DNA of 57,095 nt, from positions 43,998,677 through 44,055,771 of the forward strand of contig NC_068989.1 of assembly GCF_001194135.2 (NCBI RefSeq), written 5' to 3'. Shown one piece after another: positions 39,190 through 51,545 of this stretch. Each line of letters begins with the position of its first letter. The stretch's first letter is position 1. The position numbers were made by a program, and so were the translations under genes. Origin of the DNA: Octopus bimaculoides (lineage: Eukaryota). The notes under the pieces are model-generated. The model saw nothing but the letters and a program-made list of their open reading frames with translations, was not told where the DNA came from and did not search any database.

Positions 39190-39512
39190 GAGCACTCCGT
39201 CGGTTACGACGACGAGGGTCCCAACTGATCCGATCAACGGAACAGCTTCCTCGTGAAATTAACGTGCAAGTGACTGAGCAACCCACAGACACGTGTACCC
39301 CTAACGTAGTTCTCAGGGAGATTCAGCGTGACACAGAATGTGACAAAGCTGGCCCTTTGAAATACAGGTACTACTCATTTTTGCCAGCTGAGTGGACTGG
39401 AGCAACGTGAAATAAAGTGTCTTGCTCAAGGACACAACACGTCGCCGAGAATTGAACTCACGACCTTACGATCGTGAGCTGATTGCCCTAACCACTAAGC
39501 CACGCGCCTTCA
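39190..39512 (-). mobile_element. SINE family D, full length (tRNA head, tgtgtccttgagcaag core, shared tail)
   Basis: Minus-strand gaaggcgcgTGGCTTAGTGG...GAGTTCAATTC...tgtgtccttgagcaagacact; copies at 41482-41777 and 48425-48676. Confidence 0.9.
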
Positions 39513-41039
39513 CTCCTCCGAGAAGTATTAAAGTCAGAAAGAAAAACACAAGTAAATCCATCAAACCGAACACCTGTAAGCACTGCACATTTGACAGGTG
39601 TATTGCGTGATATGTGCCACAAACTCGCTTATCAAACAACAAGATAAGAATTACAGTATAACGTATAAGGTGGCAAAATGTGAATATATAATCACCTGAC
39701 TTGAATCTGTTTTATACAGATATACATGCGTGTTTATATATACGTGGTGCATTCATACATACATACATACATACATACATACATACATACATACATAGAG
39801 GAGGATCAGTTAATTATGATTTTATTCAACATATTCCCGTCTCATATTCACACACTTATTGCAGCGGGCCTGCAATTTTTCTAAACCCTGTAAAAGAACT
39901 CAGAAGGTTTGGCTTTCAACCAGGCCTTTTGCGCTACCATTAAAGCCAGGAACTTTTCAGCACCCTCCCACTATTTCCCACTTGTTTATCTCCTCTGCAC
40001 CTTTCTCTTTGTCTCTGATTTTTTTTCTAATCCTCCAATCCCGCTGTCCCCTACCCATCTCTCCTCCTTCTACGTGACCGATGTCCGGCCAGCCACGATC
40101 TTTCTTTCTTGGCCGGACTGCCAACCGTCAACACGTCTTGTGTCCATCTCCCATGTTCTTGCCTTTAGGCTTTCACTTCATACACGCCAGTTCAATTTCA
40201 ATCGTTCTCAGTCGAAAGACGCCTGTTGTTATTTCTTGTTGTATTCGTAATTGTGTACCATGTTCTCCGTTTTTTGTTTGTTTGTTTGTTTGTTTTTTGT
40301 CTTTGTTGCCATACACATTCGGTAGCTTTCTTACAAAGGGGTCTAATGCTCTTAGCTTAGACTTTTTTGGGGACAACTAAGTCGAAGCATCTCAAGTGTA
40401 ACTGTCCGAAATGGTCGTGACTTCTGGTACTTGAGTGATGAAAGAAAGCCAAGAATGACCAGTCTTTTTTTGCCTGTCCTTGTAATTGTTGTTTCTCTTG
40501 TCAGCCTTTGTGTTGTCTATCTGCCCGAACGTTTTAATGCCCTCTATTCCGTTTTTGTTCCATTTATNNNNNNNNNNNNNNNNNNNNNNNNNNNNNNNNN
40601 NNNNNNNNNNNNNNNNNNNNNNNNNNNNNNNNNNNNNNNNNNNNNNNNNNNNNNNNNNNNNNNNNNNNNNNNNNNNNNNNNNNNNNNNNNNNNNNNNNNN
40701 NNNNNNNNNNNNNNNNNNNNNNNNNNNNNNNNNNNNNNNNNNNNNNNNNNNNNNNNNNNNNNNNNNNNNNNNNNNNNNNNNNNNNNNNNNNNNNNNNNNN
40801 NNNNNNNNNGATATGTATGTATGTATGTGTGTGTATGTATGAATATATATATATATGCATGTATGTACGCATTTATGTATGTATGTATGCATTCATGTAT
40901 GTATGTATGTATGTATGTATACGAAGCTATTTTATTTATTTTAATAGATTATCATGTTTTAAAATCATAAATAGTAAATGCATGAGAGTTGTACCCAAAT
41001 AATGCAGAAGTGGACATAACTTTTATATTAAGTAACATA

Positions 41040-41330
41040 GGTTGTTCAAATTACACATGTTGATAGAATAATTCGGCTTCTTCTATGATAACGTTTCTCC
41101 CTGTTCTTCTTCACTGCTGATCAAAAATGGGTTCCAAGCAGAAGCAATATGCCGAGATTGAGATCTTGACGAAGGATGAGTGCAAGTTAGTCCGATATTC
41201 ATAGAAGGCTACAGGCTGTTTACGGAGATGACATCGGTGATAACACCAATGTGTACTGATGGATTAGGAAGTTTATTGAAGAGGAAACTGACATTGAAGG
41301 CAAATCACACTGTGAATCTCTGTTGATTCA
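41040..41330 (+). mobile_element. Mariner transposase N-terminal HTH remnant
   Basis: From ATG 41127, with one frameshift: MGSKQKQYAEIEILTKDEC../DIHRRLQAVYGDDIGDNTNVY*WIRKFIEEETDIEGK. Confidence 0.7.
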
Positions 41331-41481
41331 CCAGAAATGATAAATTACTGGACTCAATACAAATGTACAGTATTTCTTAATACATTATAACTGAAAGGTT
41401 CCGATTTCCAGGACTCCGAGTTGCTCGTTTCCAATTATCATCGGGTAAACCGAGCTTGGTTTTTTTTAATAACAACGGAAC

Positions 41482-41777
41482 AAGGTCCCAGCTGATACGA
41501 TCAACGGAACAGCTTGCTCGTGAAATTAACGTGCAAGTGACTGAGCAATCCAGACACGTGTACCCCTAACGTAGTTCTCTGGGAGACTCAACGTGACACA
41601 TAGCGTGACAAGGCCGGCCCTTTGAAATACAGGTACTACTCATTTTTGCCAGCTGAGTGGACTGGAGCAACGTGAAATAAAGTACCTTGCCCAAGGACAC
41701 AACGCATCGCCGGGAATCGAACTCACGACCTTCCGATCGTGAGCCGAATGCCCTAACCATTAATCTACGCGCCTTCT
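41482..41777 (-). mobile_element. SINE family D copy
   Basis: Matches 39190-39512. Confidence 0.9.
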
Positions 41778-41789
41778 CTTTTGAATATC

Positions 41790-42420
41790 CACTGTCTGAA
41801 TATTTCCTGAAATGGACAGTGGTTTATATCGTGATGGTGGCCTGATTCTATCGAGAAATCTTAACTGTCACAAGTTGGACAAATTTAGGAAAGATTTGAT
41901 TAAAGTATTTCAGGAAATAAGACTTGTAGATACAAACCTTATCACCGTTAATTTTCTTGACACAACGTTAAGACTGAATAATGATAGTTTTAGACTATCT
42001 TATCAACAAAATGAGTTAGTATATATACATATACATTCGAATCACCCACCTCGTCTATTGAGGAACTCGGGTGACAATATTTGTAAACGGGTATCCTCGT
42101 TATCTTCTGACGAAGATGCTTTTACAGGTGCAGCTTGGTATTATGATGAAGCTCTTAAAAATAATGGGTTCTCTGATAAGATTAGATACGTAAAAAAAAT
42201 CCCTGGAAATACACAGCGTAAGAATAAAAGTAGGAAAAGAAATATTTTATGGTACAACTCAGAATTTTAACTAGCAGTAAAAACTTATATAACTAGAGAA
42301 TTTCTTAAATTAATAGATCACCATTTTTCGCCAGGGCATAGGTACAGAAAAATATTGAATAGAAATTCTGTTAAGATTAGCTATTCAGATTGTAAAAATT
42401 TTAGGTGTTATATATCAGGG

Positions 42421-42462
<42 letters not shown>

Positions 42463-42910
42463 TGCGAAGCTGAATTGAAGAGGGATGCAAACAGTAAACC
42501 AACAAAGATCATGCGACAATAGAATTTGTGAGAACTGTCCGTCCACTAGACGGTAACTGTCTGGCAGAGTCGATAGTATACAGTGCAAAGGTTGAATCAA
42601 ATAACAATGATCAACCTAAAACATATACTGGGGCTACGGAACTCACATTCGACAACCGTTATTATAAGCGTAAACATTCATTTGCTAACCCCGACAGAAA
42701 ATGTGCTGCGGCTTTGTTGAAGTTTATATGGTTCTTGAATGACACTGGTCCTCACGAATTTAGAATTACCTGGCCTGTTGTTGATCAATCGCAACCTTAC
42801 AAGAACGGTAGCTACAAATCAAAAATGCAGTGTACCTTTTGAGCAAAAAACTGGGAATTTTTACTCAAGGCACCAATAGTTTCAAAAATGAAGTGAGCAG
42901 TTAACGCCTT
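41790..42910 (+). mobile_element. Penelope-like retroelement 3' fragment (RT C-terminal part plus GIY-YIG endonuclease), interrupted by (TA)n at about 42421-42460
   Basis: GLYRDGGL (YRDDG-like), VNFLDTTL, HSNHPP, RKRNILWYN; CLAESIVYSAKV...TYTGATELTFDNRYYKRKHSF. Confidence 0.9.
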
Positions 42911-43040
42911 GTATGCGTATGACAAACTATCTTTTATGTAAGTACAAACCTTTTTGAATTTCGTTCTGGCTCAGAAAAAGAACCCCCTTAGTTTTCAAAA
43001 AGTTTAATTAAATTTATTAGATTTAATTGATATGCTTTTA

Positions 43041-43076
<36 letters not shown>

Positions 43077-44850
43077 TTGAGTATATAAATATATATAAGC
43101 ATATGTATATATGTGTAATTTATGTTATATGTATACATAAATATATAATTCGATGTATACATGTGTTCTATGAGTGTACATATGTATATACGTATGCGTC
43201 TGCACAGGTGCATGCAAAAATAGTAGAAGAGAAAAAATGTCGGGAGGCGAGAGAAATGACGTCCAGCTACGTGGACGTCGCATCCAAAAAAGACAGAGGT
43301 GAGAGAAATAGCCTATAGTCACTCACTTTAAATTTTATATTTTAAAAATTTCTGGATGCTGCTGTCTCATGAAGTTTTCCTATCTTGTCGTTGAAACCTC
43401 GAAATAGAGAATAATAAACAGTCAACAACTGAGGAAGAGTTAGACTTCTTTTGGTATTTTGTCCCGTACTTGTCTCTTGTTATGTGTTTACGTATTTTCA
43501 CTCCTTTTTAGGATGTCCTGTACTTATTGTGTATCTTTTGGTATTTTTTCCTGTACTTATCTCTCGTGTGTTTACGTGTTTTTCGCTCGTTGGTGATGTC
43601 CTGTACTTAATGTGTATTTTTCATTTATTTATAATCGAACGCCACACAGCCTTGTCCACAGTAAGTTCTGATATATATATATATATATATATANNNNNNN
43701 NNNNNNNNNNNNNNNNNNNNNNNNNNNNNNNNNNNNNNNNNNNNNNNNNNNNNNNNNNNNNNNNNNNNNNNNNNNNNNNNNNNNNNNNNNNNNNNNNNNN
43801 NNNNNNNNNNNNNNNNNNNNNNNNNNNNNNNNNNNNNNNNNNNNNNNNNNNNNNNNNNNNNNNNNNNNNNNNNNNNNNNNNNNNNNNNNNNNNNNNNNNN
43901 NNNNNNNNNNNNNNNNNNNNNNNNNNNNNNNNNNNNNNNNNNNNNNNNNNNNNNNNNNNNNNNNNNNNNNNNNNNNNNNNNNNNNNNNNNNNNNNNNNNN
44001 NNNNNNNNNNNNNNNNNNNNNNNNNNNNNNNNNNNNNNNNNNNNNNNNNNNNNNNNNNNNNNNNNNNNNNNNNNNNNNNNNNNNNNNNNNNNNNNNNNNN
44101 NNNNNNNNNNNNNNNNNNNNNNNNNNNNNNNNNNNNNNNNNNNNNNNNNNNNNNNNNNNNNNNNNNNNNNNNNNNNNNNNNNNNNNNNNNNNNNNNNNNN
44201 NNNNNNNNNNNNNNNNNNNNNNNNNNNNNNNNNNNNNNNNNNNNNNNNNNNNNNNNNNNNNNNNNNNNNNNNNNNNNNNNNNNNNNNNNNNNNNNNNNNN
44301 NNNNNNNNNNNNNNNNNNNNNNNNNNNNNNNNNNNNNNNNNNNNNNNNNNNNNNNNNNNNNNNNNNNNNNNNNNNNNNNGGGGAAAGAACGTCTGCAAAC
44401 AATCAAAACCGATGAAGAAAAAAATCAACATTAATAAATGCTATTTACGGGAAAATAATATTAATAATAAATGGAATATAAAAAAAAGACATAAAATGAC
44501 TGGAAACTTGAGGTGAAACAGGAGTCACTGAATAAACAACAGATGGACCATTAAAGTCAACTGTAAGGTTAAAAGCTACATCAGGTTCGCGATGAATTAG
44601 CATGAATTTCTTTACTTTGCTAATTCTGCTTCTATATGATGAACTGCCTCTCGGCTCTACGGTATCGATAATATTATTGAAAATCAAAACAAGTCGAAGT
44701 ATAGAAATAACATCAAGGGATGCTACTCTTGCGTAATTGAGAGCTTGTGTTCCTTGGGCAATGTCTTGTCTTCATCATCCTCATTATCTCAGCATTCATT
44801 CACAAGAACTTCATCTTCTATTATTTCTTTTGTTCATGTCTTTCATCCTT

Positions 44851-45178
44851 GAAGGCGCATGGCTCAGTGGTTAGAGAGTCGGGCTAACAATCATCAAGTA
44901 ATGAGTTCGATTCCCGGACAGGGCTGTGTGTTGTTTGCTTGAGCAAAACACTTTATTTTCTCTTTTCTCCAGTTCACTCACCTGTAGAAATGAGTTGCGA
45001 CGTGACTGGTGCCAAGCTGTATCGGCCTTTACGGTTCTCTCAGATAACATCAGTGGCGTGGAGAGCGGAGGCTGGTACGCATGGGCGACTGCTGGTCTTC
45101 CACAAACAACTTTGCCCGGACTTGTACCTCGGAGGGGAACTTTCTAGGTGCAATCCCGTTCATGGCCGAAGGGGGTGT
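44851..45178 (+). mobile_element. SINE family D-type with another tail
   Basis: gaaggcgcaTGGCTCAGTGGttagag...GAGTTCGATTCC...gcttgagcaaaacacttt. Confidence 0.8.
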
Positions 45179-46975
45179 TTATCCTTTATTTTTAATCTTT
45201 AATCCTGCATTAACCCTGCATCCTATAACAAGGTTCTGACTTCTGTGTTCTTTGCTTCGCCCACCCTCTAAAATACATGACGGAAATCCACTCACTCAAA
45301 TTCTTCAAAACCGTATTCTAATCTTACAACGTACAAATGTTTTGGTTTTGTTTCTGGTTTTTTTTTTTTCTTCCAAGCATTAGTCTCCGGTACCTTTCAT
45401 GAGGCTGCTAAATAAAATATTGTTGAGTTGTGGTTTTAGTTCTTGATTTCACCGAGAGTTGTCCTCGTATGCCTTCCTTAAGACTGCCCGCTTGTATGCC
45501 TGTATGCCCAGCTAGTTTGGCACTAACACTTTCAATTTCTAGGCCACAGACGTTGTTACTTCAGAGTCGTTGAGGAATAAACCATTTAGATAGACAGACA
45601 GAAAGACAGACAGGTAGATCGATACATACATACATACATACATACATGCATACATACATACATACATACATACATACATACAGGTATGCATACGTGTATG
45701 TATGTGCATAAACGATTAACTTTACAAACTAATAAAATAATACTCAATACAAAAAAAAAATAGTCTACATTTAATTAGAAATTGAAGTTTCTTGAATCGG
45801 AACGCCGAGTATTATGATGTTGATTATTTAATCAATTGAAAAAGAGAGAAGCGTGACAGTATATAAGCAAAAATATTTGTTTAAAGATCCGCTCATGAGT
45901 ATACAACCAAATTTGATTAGTCGCTGAAGAACCTTTATGAAATGATACACTCGTTCACGTGTTCATGTGCACACTACATAGTATATTCATCACGCAAAGC
46001 GCATATTTTCATGCCTTCAGTATGATATCTGTAAAATACACACAAGCAACTGTTAATGAAGTTTTTGGCGTTGAAAAATAACAGAGTGACTTCTTTTTTC
46101 AGTATGTAGTCCTTTTTCCAGTAAGTGATCATCTTTTCAGTATGTGATTATCCTTGCCTGTGAAATAAGTACTTTCTCCTATTAGTATTTGGAAATACGT
46201 CAGTAAATATCGATAGAATTGTTTGCAAGGTTTCACCTGTTCCAGTCTTTCCTTCAATATCGCAAAAGGTTGTAATAGGATATTATACCTAGTTGAGAGA
46301 CAAAGGTCGTAATATCTGAAGCATTAAATGAAGAGGGAGGGGTGCTTGTCCTCTAATAGACCAATTGATTTATAATTGTTAATATCACCATCCTTCAAAA
46401 ACACGAAACACATTTGGATAATGGTGGAGTGAAACGGTGTTTTCTGAGTCTGAATGTACACTTACGTTGCTAAAATCGATTTTTAAAGGGATTTTCAGTA
46501 AATCCAGTATAGCGTTTTACTATCATTTAACCTTAGCTCCATAAATAAAAGATTTAGAAAGACATATACTATCGATAGAGGGACCAGATATAAAGTTGTA
46601 GCAATTACATAGAAGCAGGGAGTTTTGTGAGTTCGTATTGGGAAGTTTTCTATAATATTGGCTATTATTACTTTCTTGAAGACCTAACTTTATACTTTGT
46701 TCATGTTATCTAGCTATTCGTATAAGCATCTTTTTTTATTTTTTACAAGATATTTTTGTAGTCTCGCAGTAGATATTTTATAATTCAATTGCAGATTATC
46801 CCAATATCTCTGTACTTATGGTAAATTTAATTTTCATGTACCGAATTTAGTGTGGTGTCTTCTAAATGTAGCCATTATTTTTCTACTTTCCTGTCTAGTC
46901 TTGCCAATTTGTTCAGCTTTTAGTTTAGAATATAAACTGTAACTTATTAGTAGAACAACCAGAATAATGATACCA

Positions 46976-46977
<2 letters not shown>

Positions 46978-47046
<69 letters not shown>

Positions 47047-47098
47047 CATCATCATCATCATCGTCGTCGTCGTCGTCGTCGTTGTTGTTGTTGTTTGT
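46978..47098. repeat. Compound (ATT)n(ATC)n(GTC)n(GTT)n microsatellite
   Basis: Read directly. Confidence 0.95.
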
Positions 47099-47355
47099 GT
47101 TTTGTATTAGATTAAATAATAATCTAATGCACATATTATAATTCTTTCTTTGGTGCACGATGTAATCTGCCCAGTCATTGATTCCTAGGTATTTGTAAGT
47201 CGGTTTTTGATCTAATTGATTTTTTATTTATTTATTTATTTATTTTTTCTCTTTCTTCAAGCTTAGCGCGGTGCAGTTTTCAAAATCAAATTTTATGTCA
47301 ATTCCCCGACTGAATCTTTGAATATGTATATTGAATATAACTGCATCTAGGTAGC

Positions 47356-47356
47356 T

Positions 47357-47392
<36 letters not shown>

Positions 47393-47403
47393 GCAGCAGC
47401 AGC

Positions 47404-47484
<81 letters not shown>

Positions 47485-48240
47485 CTTTTACTCTTTTACT
47501 TGTTTCAGTCATTTGACTGCGGCCATGCTGGAGCACCACCTTTAGTCGAGAAAATCCACCCCAGGACTTATTCTTTGTAAGCCTAACACTTATTCTAGCG
47601 GTCTTTTTTTTCCGAACCGCTAAGTTACGGGGACGTAAACACACCAGCATCAGTTGTCAAGCGATGGTGGGGGGACAAACACAGACACACAAACACACAT
47701 ACATATATATATATACNNNNNNNNNNNNNNNNNNNNNNNNNNNNNNNNNNNNNNNNNNNNNNNNNNNNNNNNNNNNNNNNNNNNNNNNNNNNNNNNNNNN
47801 NNNNNNNNNNNNNNNNNNNNNNNNNNNNNNNNNNNNNNNNNNNNNNNNNNNNNNNNNNNNNNNNNNNNNNNNNNNNNNNNNNNNNNNNNNNNNNNNNNNN
47901 NNNNNNNNNNNNNNNNNNNNNNNNNNNNNNNNNNNNNNNNNNNNNNNNNNNNNNNNNNNNNNNNNNNNNNNNNNNNNNNNNNNNNNNNNNNNNNNNNNNN
48001 NNNNNNNNNNNNTGTATCTTTTACATGTTTCACTAAGACTGCAACCATGCTGGAGCATCGCCTTCAGGAAATTTAGTCGAACGAAAGGATCCAGCACTTA
48101 TCTTTTTTAAAGCCTGTTGCATATTTTATCGGTTTCTTTTGCGAACCACAAAGTTACGGAGAAGCAAACACACCAGCACCGATTGTGAAGCGGTGGTGCG
48201 GGCACAACCACAGACGCAAAGACACACACACACACACACA
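47356..48240 (-). mobile_element. Two SINE C copies (47485-47716 into the gap; 48013-48240), the first with a (CAA)(CAG)(CAA)(TAA)n tail at 47356-47484
   Basis: cttttactcttttacttgtttcagtcatttgactgcggccatgctggagcacc abuts the microsatellite. Confidence 0.85.
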
Positions 48241-48242
48241 CT

Positions 48243-48285
<43 letters not shown>

Positions 48286-48424
48286 GCGTACGCGTAGTAT
48301 ATGTACGACGCTGTGGTAGAAGATACTTGCCCAATGTATCACGCAATGAGACTGAACCTAGAACAACGTACTTGGGAAGCAAACTTCTTATCACACAGCC
48401 ACGCCGACTTTGCTTTTCATCTTT

Positions 48425-48676
48425 TCTTGAAATTAACGAGCATGTGGCTGACCACTCCACAGACACGTGGAGTGCTCAGGGAGACTCAGCGTGGCACAGA
48501 GTGTGACAAGGCTGACCCTTTGAATTACAGGTACAACTCATTTTTGCCAGTTGAGTGGACTGGGGCAAAGTGAAATAAAGTGTATTCGTCAAGGAGACAA
48601 TGCGTCGTCAGGAATTGAACTCCCGACTTTACGATCGTGAACCGAATAACCTAACCGCTAAGCCACGCGCCTTCAC
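48425..48676 (-). mobile_element. SINE family D copy with shortened tail
   Basis: ctaaccgctaagccacgcgccttc head on minus; aattaacgagcatgtggctgaccactcc tail. Confidence 0.8.
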
Positions 48677-50410
48677 CAGGGTGTATACAGCAGAAATAAA
48701 AAGCATATTTGTTTCAGAAATTTTTAAAAAATTATTTACACATTTTCACATCCAAAATGGCTGTCACACATAAATTATTCGATAAGACTAAACACTTCAC
48801 CGGCAGAAAAAATGCAAAATCAAACCGAATACCTTAGTGGCAAATCAATAGAAAAAGATGTCTCTAATATTCAAATAAGTAATTAGTGTTTAAACGCTGT
48901 TTAAACAATGTTTAAAAGTCGACTTTACCTTTTATCTTTTCAGGATGATAACCAGTTGAACACTATGGTCGATGTAATCGTCTTATTTCCACCCCTAAAA
49001 TTGCTGGGCTTGTGGCAAATTTTCAAAAAATATATACGACAGGCTTCTGCACAGTTTCTGTCAGTAGTCGCTAGCCTTCCTTGAGATTTCAATGTATAAG
49101 CTCTCAGACTAAAATAGTTAGTAGACGGCTATATTTGGCAATATATACTGAAGATGTTTGTTGGTGGTAAAATATATAGCAATACGATACAGTATATTTT
49201 AATATTTAGTCAAGTATCTCCGTCGTCTGCTTGTGCCAAGCATACTTGCCTAAAGACAAACTTTAATTTTTGCACCGCGTAAAATTGCCATAAGAACATT
49301 CGAAAACTTTCTGTGGAATGTATATTGAGATTCAATTCTTCGGGGACACTTGCTTTATTGCAGCTGGAAGCTGTGAGTGTTTTCGGACTCGTGTTTGATG
49401 AGACCATTTTCATCCTTCGATTTCTTCACTGAAAATTATTCCTGTTACCATTAGCAATTATGTTCCTCTCTTTCTCTGAAAATAACTTCTTGCTTCATTT
49501 ATATGTCATGGATTTAACACTTGTAAATATTGTGAAGGAGCATGTTAAATGTTGTCAATAAAACATGGTTGAAGATCATTTCTCTTTTTCCTTAAAATTA
49601 ACAAGTTAACACAATACTCGTTCAATACGTCTATCGAATTCCACTCACAAGGCATTGGTTAACCCAAAGCTACAAAAGAAGATATTTGCCGAAAGTGTCA
49701 AGTAGTGTGACCAAACCCTGAACCACGTGATTACGAAGCGAAATTCTTAACCGCGCAACCATGCCTGATATGCCATGCATTACTGCCTCTCAGATGAATT
49801 AAGCACAGCATTTTCTTCGCGTAGCCTATTTACAGTTAGATTAATCTAGTCATCAAAAGTCAACTGTCTTTCGTAAGAAAATAATAATGTACCGTCAGTA
49901 ACAGGATGTAAATAGCTGACCTTTCTGTTTCTAACCTTTTACGTGTAGCTGTCAAGATACAAGTGAAATTATCATAAATATATTACATGAAAAAGAAAAT
50001 CTTCAATGGTATCCTAAACGACCCTTTGAATTTCAAGAGTCATTGAATAAAATATCAGGCTGTGAAATGGAGAGAGAATCATTCAGCTGTGTTATGTAAC
50101 AACATTTGTTTCTGTGAACCATTGTTTCTCTATGTATAAATAATATATGGTTTAGATACAATATTCAAGAACAGTACAACGCGTTTACACTGGACGTTTG
50201 ATTCATTAGTTATTGCAAAGTTTATGCTCGTAAAATCTGCAAAAACAAACATTAACCCTTTTGGTGAAATATTAAACGATACGTATTGTCTATTCGTTGT
50301 ATTGCAAACCCCGATTAAGGCACATTCGAATAGTACACTTCTCTAGTCCAGTAGGTTACAAAAATTGACACTTAATCTCGAAAACCATTGAATCTAAACT
50401 TCTATTGACA

Positions 50411-50460
<50 letters not shown>

Positions 50461-50464
<4 letters not shown>

Positions 50465-51293
50465 CTTGAAGGAAATATCGAAACTGTGGCAAGAAAAACT
50501 ATTGCATGGGCAATACCCCAAACGAGCTGAGAAAGCTGATGTAGATATGAGAAGAAACCATCAATAGTTGCAGAATGCTGGTTTGAAAGCCGAAACAGAA
50601 GGATTTATCATAGCAGTACAAGATCAGTCACTTCACTCGGAACTATCAAGCTAATGTCACACACAATGAAGTACACACAAAGTACAGACTCTGCAATGAC
50701 AAACTTGAAAGTATTGACCACATTCTTGCCGGTTGCTGCCTTGCCCCTACAGAATATAAAACCAGGTATGATCGAGTTGGCCGATATTTGCACTGGAGCA
50801 TATGTCGTCACTATGATATCCCGCACTGAGGGAGAGAATGCTACTATCTCATGGGATCATGGGATACATACAGACAAGTAAATAAATGATAACAGACCAG
50901 ACATCATCATCGAACACCTAAGACAAAAACATGCCCGTTAATTGATATGACAGTGCCTACTGATAGAGACATGTCAACAAAGGAATTTTAAAAACTATCG
51001 AAATATAAGGACCTTGAGGTTAAGATATCTAGAACGTGGCATTTAAAAACCAAAACCATCTCTGTTGTTGTAGGTGCCCTGGGAATGCTCAAGAAAGATA
51101 GTGACAAAAGTTTTGACTAGTTCCCTGGGAAACCAACTATCTATGAGACTCGAAAAATTTTGTTGACATCAACCGACCACATTCTCAGGAAGTTTCTATC
51201 CATCTAATATATACCATCTAATATATACGTGCCTTAAGTCTATGCTTGAGACACAGTCGGTAGCTGAAGAAGTAAAATGCAAATCAATTGGGA

Positions 51294-51294
<1 letters not shown>
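50461..51294 (+). mobile_element. R4/Dong-type (RLE) non-LTR retrotransposon 3' fragment with 3'UTR, ending in (AAT)n
   Basis: LKAETEGFIIAVQDQSL; RLCNDKLESIDHILAGC..APTEYKTRYDRVGRYLHW; NRPDII...LIDMTVP (PD..D); VVGALG; TAA at 51205-51207. Confidence 0.85.
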
Positions 51295-51385
<91 letters not shown>

Positions 51386-51392
51386 CAACAAC
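51295..51392. repeat. (AAT)n(AAC)n microsatellite directly after the R4 3' end
   Basis: Read directly. Confidence 0.95.
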
Positions 51393-51514
51393 AGATTCAT
51401 TTGGGTTGGAACCCGTATGTTGGCAACTGCTAGTTTAGATAGAGAAATCCAGACAGATATATAGATATATAGATACATAGATAGATGGATGGATATATAT
51501 CCATCCATCCAAAC

Positions 51515-51545
<31 letters not shown>

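Noticed and set aside
44640-44845. Acidic minus-strand peptide resembling a Tigger/pogo transposase C-terminus
   Set aside because: Too short and broken to assign; low-complexity acidic similarity only
46130-46285. Minus-strand FCDIEGKTGTGETL resembling a Helitron/Pif1 Walker A motif
   Set aside because: The conserved Lys is absent and no other helicase motifs follow
49246-49428. Possible minus-strand exon (ttttcag...aa|gtatgc; MKMVSSNTSPK...)
   Set aside because: Splice signals are ordinary for AT-rich DNA and the peptide resembles nothing I recognise; needs RNA-seq
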